Source: Naegleria gruberi (taxonomy: Eukaryota). Taken from it: DNA of 64,000 nt. The position numbers and the translations under genes were made by a program. Position 1 is the first letter of the stretch. Each line of letters opens with the position of its first letter. The stretch lies in the NCBI GenBank assembly GCA_000004985.1, contig GG738854.1; one strand, written 5' to 3'. The notes under the pieces were generated by a model, which was given only the letters and a program-made list of their open reading frames with translations, had not been told where the DNA came from and did not search any database. This document shows positions 9,257 to 19,338 of this stretch, one piece after another.

Positions 9257-11108
9257 TTAAGGCCAGACACCAACTTCATTGTAACTGGAAGCAACATTTT
9301 CAATGGCAGAAATGTAAGCAGCAGTTCTCAAATCAACGTTGTGCTTTTCCTTAACTTGCTTCAAGGTTTCCCATGTTTCATGCATGACACCTTCCAAGCC
9401 AGAGTAGACATAGTCAATTTCACCAGAACCAGAAGTGAGAACAAGATATTCAAGATCAGAAAGCTTCTTCTTACCAGACAATTCAGTGATAGCATCAACC
9501 ATTTCACGCTTATAATTTTGTTCAGCTCTACGAGTCATTCTACCGAATTGGACGTGACCCAAATTCTTCAACCATTCAAAGTAAGAAGCAATGATGCCTC
9601 CAGAGTTGACATAAATATCAGGAATAACTTCTTGACCATTCTTCTTTAAAACTTCATAGGCATCAGCAGAGATTGGCATGTTAGCACCTTCAACAATAAC
9701 CTTAGCACCGACTTCATGAACATTTTGAGCATTGATTTGATTTTCCAATGCAGAAAGAATGAGAATATCACAATCAACCTTCAACAATTCCTTAGGATCT
9801 CTGAGGGAGACTTGAGCATCTGGATATCCCATCAAAGTCTTCTTAGTTTGTCTGTGCAACAAAACTTGTGAAACATCCAAACCATTTGGATTATAGATTG
9901 AACCAGTAGAGTCGCTGACACCGACAACAATGGCACCTTGTCTTTGCAAGAATTTGGCAGTGTGGCTACCAACTCTACCAATACCTTGGACAACAACCTT
10001 TTTACCGAGCAAAACTCTGTCATCAGCAATTCCTTCCTTGTCAGAATAAAAATCACGAATGGCAAAGTACATTCCCTTACCAGTGGCTGTTTAAGGAAGC
10101 ATTTCACAAAATAATCCAAATATTCCAAAAATAAGAGTATGACCATTTTCGAATTATTACAGTTATGTTTTCATGAAATTTCACATTCATACATACCTTC
10201 AACACGACCTCTGACACCTCCTTGTGAAACTGGTTTACCAGTAACAGAAGCAAAACTGTTAATATTATTTGGGAAGAATGCTCTATAGGTATCTTGAATC
10301 CAGGACAACTCTCTTGAAGTGGTTCCAATATCTGGTCCAGGAACATCAACTTCAGGGGACATTACACCTCTTGTGAAGAGTTCTGTAGCATATCTTCTTG
10401 TAATTTTTTCCAATTCGATTGGATTATAGTCATTGACATCAATATCAATACCACCTAGCATGAAGAAATGCAAACAAAATATATTTCAATGATTAATCAT
10501 ATTTTCACAAGTGTCAATGACAAAAGTCAAAGTGCACAAAATCAATAATAATAATAAAAATTATCATGCAAATAATGAATGTGAAGATCAACAATATAAA
10601 TAATATTGAGAACAGTTATTCTTGAAAAAGCCATTCACATAAACATACCTTTAGCACCTCCGAATGGAATGTTATTCAAAGAACACTTCATAGTCATCAT
10701 CATTGACAAACCAACAATATCGTCTCTGGTCAATCTGGTATAACGAATACCACCCTTGCAAGGAAGACAATGACGAGAGTGTTGTGCTCTGTAAGCTCTC
10801 AACAAGGTAACATCCTTATCAAACTTATTCAAAGAGTGAGTTCTTCTCACTGGAATTACAAATTCATAAACAGCTTCAGGTTCCTTGATGTATTCTAATA
10901 AACCTTCTGGATATTGATTTTGTTGTTGTACAATACTGGCGGCCTTGTCATAAAAATGATTGACGTTAGTCAAGAGATTGAATTTTTCTCCTACTTGATC
11001 AGTTGATTTACAAGCCTTTTGGCAACTATTAATACTAGATAAAACAACACCCTTTGATGATGAAGTCTTGTTCAAGAGTGGTGTTGTAGTAGTGATCAAA
11101 TGCTTCAT
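9257..11108 (-). CDS. Glutamate dehydrogenase, mitochondrial/animal (GLUD)-type, 3 exons: join(9257..10086,10197..10454,10649..11108), about 515 aa
   Basis: Strong family motifs: RAYRAQHSRHCLPCKGGIRY, PFGGAKGG, ELEKITRRY, VTGKPVSQGGVRGR, VVQGIGRVGSHTAKFL, SGGIIASYFEWLKNLGHVQFGRMT. Exons are in phase 1/1 with donors GTATGT and acceptors CTAG and AACAG. Introns are 194 and 110 nt. N-terminal presequence-like MKHLITTTTPLLNKTSSSKG. Confidence 0.9.
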
Positions 11109-11578
11109 TTTTTTATGCTTTGTAAAAATATAGAACAGCTAACTGTAATAATTGGTTTGATGATGTGATCAACAAATAGGAGGAGGCTTTATATTTGTGT
11201 AGTGGTCATTGCCAGAAAAAGCCTATTAAACAGCATATACCGGAACTTGTCTTTCATTGAAAAATTAATTATTTTCTTGAAAATTTCATTGAACAGCATG
11301 TAGGTTTTGATAATGACCACTCCAGTGAGGATTCTCTTGTTGGATATTAGTGAAGATTGCTCTCTTTGAAGCTTCTTTGTGGTAAGCAGACCAAACTAGG
11401 GCGTAACGTTTTTTGCGATTTTATGACCATTTAAAGATGTGTTGCAATAAGTGGAATTGGGTTTACAATAACTATTTAAGCCTTGTTACAACCACTACAG
11501 TCAGCTGTGGACAGTGAAAGAAAATTGATTTAGTGTGAGATTGGAAGAAAAATTACTGTTGACTTTATCAATTCTGAT

Positions 11579-13223
11579 CTAATGTGAAATTACACTAAAT
11601 ACCAAATAAATCAAAGAAATAAATACCAATGAAATGAACGAGAATGAAACAGTGTTTGCTCCAGCACAAATGAATCTATCCAAAGGAAGAACATAGGCAC
11701 TGGTGGAATATTTCAATTCAGATGGTCCATAACCAGTGAATGTCATTTCAATAGTGAATGCAGTATAACCAATCTTTGGATTTTCCACATCAACACTCCA
11801 TGTCAATGAGTCAACCTCAGTCAAAGTCTTGGAATTAAAGATGGATCCAACATGACTGTATCTGAAATCTCTCGAATAAGTATTTGTTCCGTACCATAAC
11901 AATACCTTACTTGGTTTAATTCCATTTGTAACCTTAACCCAAATTCTGAGTCCATTCGAAATAGTTTCATTGTAGAAAGTATATTGTGGAAGAAGTGAAT
12001 TTCTCGTGGTTGCATAGTAATAAGCAAGGACTGATTGGGGAACATCAGATCCAGCTAAAGAGTGTCCAGTATTAGGCACATAACGAATATATTTTGTGGA
12101 CAATCCTGGAATTTGTTGATAACTGAACAAACTCAAATCTGGCCACATAAATTCATCTCCCATGGCATTGATCATATAGGTTGGTATATTTGTATACCTA
12201 TCTCTATAATTGAATGGATCGACAGCTTGTGCCAATAAATCAAATGCAGTAGTATTCAATTGATTTAAAACTCCTAAATTTTTGTAATCTTGCAAAGCTT
12301 CTGGCCAAGCACAAATTGATTTGTTAATATGTAGGAAACATTCTTTCAAATTCATTATTTGAATAACAATTGGAATTAAACTCTTAATTCTAATTAATTG
12401 AAATTATTTCCAACCATTTCGAATATTAGAACTCAACCATTCTAAACTTGTTTAAACTTACCTTGAATCCCTACTAGCTCCAACCAACCAAGTAGCCCAA
12501 CCACGTTTACTCGTTCCAGCAATTGTAAATTTTTCAATAGAAAATCCAATTTGCTTACTCACAAAATCCTGAATCACATCCATCGCTCTAACTGATGTCT
12601 TGGCCATTGCAAAATGAGATAACCACTCATAATCTTCAACATTGTAAACTGTTCTATTCATGGCCATGTTATTATTCATTCGCTCCATAAATTTCATCCA
12701 CGAGAAGGACATGATTTGATCTTCAGATCTACTAGTTTTGGAACTATCTGATGCGAAAACAATTGGCTGATTTGGAACGGATAATAACATGGAAGAAACT
12801 GTTTGCGAATTTGTGGAAATTGCTTGAAGAATTGCATTTCCTGTTGGCATTTCCATTCCAGTTTTTCCTGCTTCGATTAGTAAGAAACCTTCCTTGATGG
12901 ACCGATCTAGAGTTTTAGGAATGGAAATTAGTAGATAGTGTGACCTATTCATGTGTTGGAAAGCTTTCGAATAAATTAACTTACCAAGAAGAGGCTGAGC
13001 CAATTTCTGCATCTGTTAACCAGTTGACACCTCGCATGGTGATTGTGTAGAAAGTGCAATCGGAATAGGTAGTTGTAGCTGAGATGGAATAGGACATGCT
13101 TGGGGAAGGTTGCTTTAGGTACAAATCGAACATTGTGTCTTGAGAAGAAACTTGAAGAAACAAGACACAACCAAGCAAAATAAAAGAAAGTGAACGAATG
13201 GCAAGATGACAGCTCGAAGACAT
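11579..13223 (-). CDS. PhoPQ-activated pathogenicity-related (PqaA-like) secreted serine hydrolase, 3 exons about join(11579..12380,12462..12944,12985..13223)
   Basis: Signal peptide MSSSCHLAIRSLSFILLGCVLFLQVSS at ATG 13223. Nucleophile-elbow motif IAGTSKRGWATWLVGA. C-terminal hydrophobic tail. Introns of about 40 nt (GTAAGT..AATAG) and 81 nt (GTAAGT..TTAAG). The three ORF-track pieces 12981..13280, 12458..13012 and 11579..12355 join in matching phases. Confidence 0.6.
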
Positions 13224-13443
13224 TTTTTTTTGGAAAGTTATTGAAAGAAGATCTATTAGAAAGCAAAAGGACTTTTGCAATTAGAAATCTTTCCAATAAA
13301 GTTGACTTTTCTCTTTCCACATTCGAATTGTAAAGAATATTCAAATTCGTTGAAATTCTCTCTGAAATTCCAACAGAAAGAATTCTTTAAAGAAAAAGTT
13401 CATCTTTGTAAAAATTTATTGATGATCAAGAACAATAAAAAAA

Positions 13444-14342
13444 ATGAAAATTCAAATACTGAGTGATTTGCATATTGAACATTTTCCTTCCCTCTCTGAT
13501 TTTCAAGCACAATATAAGAATCGGTATGGAAATTATTTATGTGAGACGGTCTATGGAGAGGTTCTGATACTTGCTGGAGATATTGGTGATCCATTTCAAC
13601 AGAGTTATTTCGATTTTATGCAATATTGTTCGGGGAAGTATAAAGCAGTGATGGTTATTGCTGGAAATCACGAATTTTATGGACATGAATATTTTCAAAC
13701 TATTGATCAGATTAGAAATTTGACCAGATCATTTTCAAATGTATATTTTTTGAATAGAGATGTGGTTGAGTTGACCATTGATGGGAGCTCACTTGTGTTT
13801 TTAGGTTGTACTCTTTGGAGTCATGTACCAGATAAAGCGTTAAATGTAGTTCAGAATGTAAGTGAAATAATATCTATTATCAATACTGAATCAATTACTA
13901 GTCAATGAATGATTACAGATGTATTAGTATTAATAATAATGGAACATTACAATTATTGAATGTTTATCATACGAGTCAAATGTTTAAACAAGATTTAAAT
14001 TGGATTCATTCAGAATTGAAAAAGCACAACACTAAGAAAGTTGTAGTTTGCACTCATCATGCCCCTTTTGTTAAAGGAGTAGCATCACCTTATTACGAGA
14101 ATACCACTGACGAGTCAACCCTTTTGAGCAATCATGCTTTTGCTTCTGATCTGAGTAAGATAATTTCCAATCCTCCAATAATACTGTGTGTATTTGGTCA
14201 CACACATTATTCATCAATTCAGGTTGTGAATAATGTTTATTTGGCAAGTAATCAGCTAGGTTATATTGCAAAAAACTTTTCATCTGAGAAGTCTGATAAC
14301 AAATACAGGGAGGATCTTTTCTATGATAGTGTCAATAAATAA
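13444..14342 (+). CDS. Calcineurin-like metallophosphoesterase, 2 exons join(13444..13857,13902..14342)
   Basis: MPP motifs DLHIEH, ILAGDIGDP and IAGNHEF in exon 1; VFGHTHYS in exon 2. A 44-nt intron GTAAGT..ACTAG (phase 0) is needed to keep the domain contiguous. Confidence 0.65.
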
Positions 14343-14344
14343 AT

Positions 14345-15472
14345 CTAGTTGAATGTATTCCACAAATTCATCAAAGTTCTGTCCTTAATAGAATAAGGAA
14401 CATCCAAAATTCCTCTCAAAATCTTGAGCATATCTAACCCCATCGTTAGTCCAAGGAAACCAGCAATTTCACCAAACAAACTTTCAATTGAAGAAGTGAC
14501 AACCTCGGTAATGTAATTCACATTCAATGTAGCGTATGCAACAGATATCACAACCAATGTTTCGTCTGCTCCAATTAGCTCAACATCAGAAGTTACAGGC
14601 TCCCATCTAACATCGACTAATTGTGGATTAATAGGAGTTGTTTTTAATCTTGAAGTGATAATTTTGGTCAACATGAAATAATTGTCTCTTCTTGGAACTG
14701 CAAAGTTTGTTTCTCCAACTAGATCAGGCATTGTTCCATTTGAATGGAATGACACCTGCAGGCCAACTCTCGAGTAGTCGCTTACATCTGATCCTGTTGG
14801 TCTTGGTACTCGAACAAAGAATGACAAACTACCAGTATAACCTGTATAATTTGCAGTCACAACATTAATGGATCGATTGTTGAAAACATAGCACCTAAAC
14901 AATGAATCATCTTGTCGTATTTCCTTATATTCAGCTTGTTGTAGGTATTCAGGAATATCTTTTTGGATATCAGCCCTAAACACTTTCTCCAATCTCAGCC
15001 CACAATAACTACAGTTATTTGTTAGTGCATTCCAATTACAAATTGAAATAGCTGGAAAGGGAAGCGGTACCTCCTCAACATATGACAAAGAGGTGGTTGG
15101 ATTATTAATCGCATCCACAAAGTTCACAATTGAATTAATCGAATACCATAACGAAACACCAATCATTACAATCCAACCAATAGCTGTTAATATCTGATAC
15201 CATCTCAGAGGTATCTGCCATCCACAAATAGTTCTCTTTCTTTTGTGCTTTTCAGATTCTGCAGGCTCATTATTTCCAAATTGATTATTCGTATTATTCT
15301 TAGATTTGTTTCCTCCAATAATTACATCAAATAAGGATAAATTCTTTGAGGATTTTCTTTTCGATAATTTCTTTCCAATTGTTGGAATTTCCACTTCATG
15401 AGGTGAATCCAATCGGGTAGTATTTTGTTGAGCAACTTGTTGAGGGTTATTTGAAGAATTATTCTTCATCAT
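14345..15472 (-). CDS. ENaC/degenerin (amiloride-sensitive Na+ channel superfamily)-like small channel subunit
   Basis: TM1 ILTAIGWIVMIGVSLWY followed by PFPAISICNWN (hallmark FPAVTIC-like post-TM1 motif). A Cys-containing extracellular region of about 200 aa. TM2 with G-x-S-like filter LFGEIAGFLGLTMGLDML. Paralog of 16011..17177. Confidence 0.6.
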   Translation of the reverse strand: MMKNNSSNNPQQVAQQNTTRLDSPHEVEIPTIGKKLSKRKSSKNLSLFDVIIGGNKSKNNTNNQFGNNEPAESEKHKRKRTICGWQIPLRWYQILTAIGWIVMIGVSLWYSINSIVNFVDAINNPTTSLSYVEEVPLPFPAISICNWNALTNNCSYCGLRLEKVFRADIQKDIPEYLQQAEYKEIRQDDSLFRCYVFNNRSINVVTANYTGYTGSLSFFVRVPRPTGSDVSDYSRVGLQVSFHSNGTMPDLVGETNFAVPRRDNYFMLTKIITSRLKTTPINPQLVDVRWEPVTSDVELIGADETLVVISVAYATLNVNYITEVVTSSIESLFGEIAGFLGLTMGLDMLKILRGILDVPYSIKDRTLMNLWNTFN

Positions 15473-15908
15473 CAGTGATAAGATAAGGATTCGAGGTGTT
15501 ATTTCCTACTCCAAATACAACTTGTGGTGTTGGTGTCATTACGAAATTTTGTACATCCTGTGATATAGGTTGGCTAAAGCTCTCCACGGTTACTGTTTTA
15601 TGATTCCTCATTGCTTCATTCTCTATCACTTGAAGAATAATATCTTGTGCCCTAGTTTGTCTATCCTCAATTTCCTCTATTTTTGGAGTCAAGACTACTT
15701 CATCATCCCGATAAATATTTGAATTATTTGAAATTTGATATTCTTTAACTGGAGAAGATATAGATTCTTGTTCGGAATGATCTTGTTGATTTAGTTGTTG
15801 ATGATTTGTAGGCGACGATGGTCTATACAAATCTCTCACCACTGAAGAACTAACCTTCTGAAAGAATGGATCGTCTTCAACGGGCATAATCTCTGGTGCA
15901 CTTTTCAT
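15459..15908 (-). CDS. ORF immediately upstream of and overlapping (out of frame) the ENaC-like gene start; possible N-terminal extension via frameshift or unrecognised splice, or an independent small ORF
   Basis: ORF 15459..16037 is open. An internal ATG at 15908 has AAAAAAAAGATG context (MKSAPEIMPVEDDPFF..). It overlaps 15459..15472 of the downstream ORF. Confidence 0.25.
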   Translation of the reverse strand: MKSAPEIMPVEDDPFFQKVSSSVVRDLYRPSSPTNHQQLNQQDHSEQESISSPVKEYQISNNSNIYRDDEVVLTPKIEEIEDRQTRAQDIILQVIENEAMRNHKTVTVESFSQPISQDVQNFVMTPTPQVVFGVGNNTSNPYLITDDEE

Positions 15909-16010
15909 CTTTTTTTTAAGGTTGAATTTGTTTGGCTGAACATATAAATTTACTGTATTTGAAAGTGGCGGGAAGAATGGTTGTAGAATTTGTAAGGAAC
16001 TTGAAAAAAA

Positions 16011-17177
16011 ATGCTGAACAAGAAAAAGACGGTTCAATTCTCTGATATTTTAAAAGAGGAGGTGGAGAATGATGTTTATTCAGTACAAAAAACAACTTCA
16101 ACCAAGGCCAATAATACTGCTACTACTATTTCTCCAGAGGATATCAAGTCGATCAAGGAAAAGTTGGAAAAACCAATTTCTAGAGAAGTTGCTATGGAAA
16201 TTAAAAAGAAGGCGATATTAACTTCGGATAGTGATGCTGTGCAAGATTATTTATTTGAGGAAGATGGTGGACAGGAAGGCGAGGAGGAAGAGGATCCGAG
16301 TGATTGTTTGGAAAGAAGAATAGGAGTTAAAGTTAAGGATGTGATTTTGATTTATGCATGGTTGATATTGGGAGCATTATTGATTTATTATGTTTATTCA
16401 TCAGTTAATACCTATGTTGTGGACAGAAACAAGCCAGCGACCAATGTTGCATACACAGCTCAATCAAAACTCTCATTTCCTGCTGTCACAATATGCAATT
16501 GGAATACTGGAGATGATCCTGTGAATGATATTGCCTTGGATTATTGTTTTCATGCAACGTCAAATGATTCAACTCACGAAGAATGCAAATTTCCAATTAC
16601 AAAGAAGAAAATTGTTAGTGGAGATCAGATTTTCTCCTGCCTAGTTCTGAATAATGACACCAGAACTCCTCTCCAAGCCACAAAAACAGGTTATTTGGGC
16701 ACCATCTCTGTAATTGTGACCATCAAAAATGTTACATTATCCTCTGGAGAGATTAGATCCTCTGGAGTCCAAGTTACCTTCCACAATATTGGAGAAACAG
16801 CACAAGATTTGCTTCTCAATGAAACAAAGTGTGCAACTCCAAACTTTGATAATAATTTCTCAATTTCTAAAGTTGTGAGCCACACCATTAGACCAACACC
16901 ATTTACCAAAACTTTTTGGGAATCCTCTTATTCAGCAGTAGAATTGGTAAAACAGAGGAATAACAAGATTATGGTTTCATTTGCTTACAACACGCTGAAC
17001 ATACAACAGGTAACAGAATATGAAGCAAGTAACTGGCTACAATTATTAGGAGAAATTTCAGGCATGGCCAGCACACTTTATGGATTTGGATTTGTTATGT
17101 TTTGGAGAACATGTTTGTGGTTACCAATAGCAATCAAGAAAAAGTCTGTAAAGGTAGTTTGGGAGGAGCTGAACTGA
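16011..17177 (+). CDS. ENaC/degenerin-like small channel subunit (paralog, divergently oriented to 14345..15472)
   Basis: ATG at 16011 (AAAAAAAATG). TM1 VILIYAWLILGALLIYYVY. LSFPAVTICNWN motif. Extracellular Cys-containing domain. TM2 SNWLQLLGEISGMASTLYGFGFVMFW. Confidence 0.65.
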   Translation: MLNKKKTVQFSDILKEEVENDVYSVQKTTSTKANNTATTISPEDIKSIKEKLEKPISREVAMEIKKKAILTSDSDAVQDYLFEEDGGQEGEEEEDPSDCLERRIGVKVKDVILIYAWLILGALLIYYVYSSVNTYVVDRNKPATNVAYTAQSKLSFPAVTICNWNTGDDPVNDIALDYCFHATSNDSTHEECKFPITKKKIVSGDQIFSCLVLNNDTRTPLQATKTGYLGTISVIVTIKNVTLSSGEIRSSGVQVTFHNIGETAQDLLLNETKCATPNFDNNFSISKVVSHTIRPTPFTKTFWESSYSAVELVKQRNNKIMVSFAYNTLNIQQVTEYEASNWLQLLGEISGMASTLYGFGFVMFWRTCLWLPIAIKKKSVKVVWEELN

Positions 17178-17233
17178 AACTTCTATTTTACCAATTTGCA
17201 AACAATTTAAATAATTTAACAATTGCTTGTTAA

Positions 17234-18010
17234 TTATTTATTTGGGAAGGCCAAAGTGTAGAATTCCTTCCAATTCATTGTCTTTCCATCTTTCCAATTT
17301 GCATTAATATATTGAGCCATGTGTGGGAAGGCAGTAATTACCATTTGTCTAAAATCCAAAGCAATAGCAGAATCAGATTGCTCTCTTGGTCCATCTCCAA
17401 AGATTCTTCTTATGACATTGAAAATTCTTACTGCTGCACTGGAGCCAATTTGACCAACAACATACCAAAAGTAATCCCACAATGTTACTAATTGATCAGA
17501 CATTTCATCATAATCTCCTTGTGTTCTGTACTTATGGCTTGCTCCTGGTGGAGGTGGAGTTGGATCAACAAATCTATCAATGAGAGAAAAGACAGTTCTA
17601 AAAGCTTTTTCACCAAGAATACTCAATACTTGGAAGAAATATCCAGCAAGGCTTTCGTCTGATAATTGCATGTTAGCAGCAAGATCAGCACTTTCAATAT
17701 ACTTAATCTTGCTCTTGTCTATTACTTGCAATGCTTTTATAATCAATTGTTTTGTTTGTTGTAAACCAAACTTATTGACAATTCTCAAAAAGTGGGCCAT
17801 CAAACTCTCCTCGACAACATCAGCTTCTTCTTGATAGGTACTTCTTCTTTCAATCTTTTTAATGAGTTTATCAACACGCTTGTCAATAATCTTGTTAAAC
17901 AAACGTTTTACTTGAGTTCTTTCCTCTCTAGTCAATTGAGAGCCTGTAATACCAACAGCCAGCAAACAAACCAAAAGGAATGTAGCAATTACAAAGGTTG
18001 ATCTTTGCAT
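17234..18010 (-). CDS. Secreted hypothetical protein (258 aa) with N-terminal signal peptide
   Basis: ATG at 18010. MQRSTFVIATFLLVCLLAVGITGS signal peptide. No recognisable domain. Confidence 0.5.
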   Translation of the reverse strand: MQRSTFVIATFLLVCLLAVGITGSQLTREERTQVKRLFNKIIDKRVDKLIKKIERRSTYQEEADVVEESLMAHFLRIVNKFGLQQTKQLIIKALQVIDKSKIKYIESADLAANMQLSDESLAGYFFQVLSILGEKAFRTVFSLIDRFVDPTPPPPGASHKYRTQGDYDEMSDQLVTLWDYFWYVVGQIGSSAAVRIFNVIRRIFGDGPREQSDSAIALDFRQMVITAFPHMAQYINANWKDGKTMNWKEFYTLAFPNK

Positions 18011-18335
18011 GTTAATTTTTTTTCAGATAACACAACCAGTTGGCATCAATTCTCGTTTTAAATGAGAGTATTGGTCAACCGCTCATCCATCCTCAAGCCC
18101 CAATATGGAAACTTAAAGTCTGGACTATTCCTCAAGTCCTTCCAACACGAATTGTAGACGTTTGACAGTTTTCTAAGGATCATCCATATGGTGATTTTAC
18201 AAAATTATTACAATTCCAATTAGAATCAACCTTCTCCTTAACATCAATAAGTTAGCATACAGTGAGTGCAGAAGTGCAAAATCAGATTTTGCAAGATAAT
18301 CAAATTTTACGAAACTATTTTTAAACAAGAAAAAA

Positions 18336-18998
18336 ATGTTGCAACAAGAAAATGTCAACATGTTGGAGAATAACAATATTTGGCTCATTGATGGCTTGGT
18401 CTCGGAGGAGGAATGCCAGGAAATTATAACAAATGAATGTGAAAAGAAGGAATTTGAGAGTGGAACTTATAATAATGCACAAGACCGTTCCATCAGAAAT
18501 AATTCTCGGCTCATCATGGATAATCAAAATTATTCTAATTGGTTATGGACACGAGTTAAAGATTATATTCCAAAATTGGCATCCGAGCTCAGCAATAAGT
18601 GTGTGAGAAGAGCTACAACTATTGGTTATGAATTATGTGAATTGAGCGATAAGATTAGATTTTACAGATATTACAAGGGTGAATTTTTTGCTCCTCATTC
18701 AGATGGTGGAATTGTATTGGAAAGTGTGGAAACTATTGATGGAGAGGAATATTATGTGACCAAAAAGAGTTTTCTCACTTTATTGTTGTATCTGAATGAA
18801 ATTCCAAATGGAGGGGGTGAAACTGAATTTCTCAACAAGAATACTAAACAAGTGGAGTGGTCTGTAGAGCCAAAACCTGGAAGGATTTTACTGTTCGTTC
18901 ATGAAAATTATCATCAAGCCAAAACTGTGAATCAGGATGGAGATGTAAAGTTTGTGATGAGAACTGATGTGCTTTATAGACATCTAACCAAAAAATAA
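18336..18998 (+). CDS. 2OG-Fe(II) oxygenase (prolyl 4-hydroxylase-like, P4Hc)
   Basis: HxD..H iron-binding triad: FAPHSDGG and RILLFVHENYHQAKTV. ATG at 18336 in A-rich context. Confidence 0.65.
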   Translation: MLQQENVNMLENNNIWLIDGLVSEEECQEIITNECEKKEFESGTYNNAQDRSIRNNSRLIMDNQNYSNWLWTRVKDYIPKLASELSNKCVRRATTIGYELCELSDKIRFYRYYKGEFFAPHSDGGIVLESVETIDGEEYYVTKKSFLTLLLYLNEIPNGGGETEFLNKNTKQVEWSVEPKPGRILLFVHENYHQAKTVNQDGDVKFVMRTDVLYRHLTKK

Positions 18999-19338
18999 AC
19001 TGGACTAATGGGCTTGAATGTTGTCTAATGTTTATTAGATTTTCATTGATTTTCCAGTTTTACAATGAAAATATGTGGAAAAGAAATGAGTCATTTCTCA
19101 TATTCGAATCCTTTTTGATTGTAATAATTCCATTGTCCAATCATTTCCTACTCGTCACTTTTAAACCATTACAATTCTGGTTAAGGCCAGATTAGTAGGT
19201 TTGGAAATCAAGTTGAAAATAAATTCCAAATTGATTTTTTATTTTTAAATTCATAAAAAAATTCAAGAGAGTTCTCTTAACAAGCACAAAATAACGTCAA
19301 GTTTAACGCTATTTTCCAAACAAAACCACAGAAACAAC

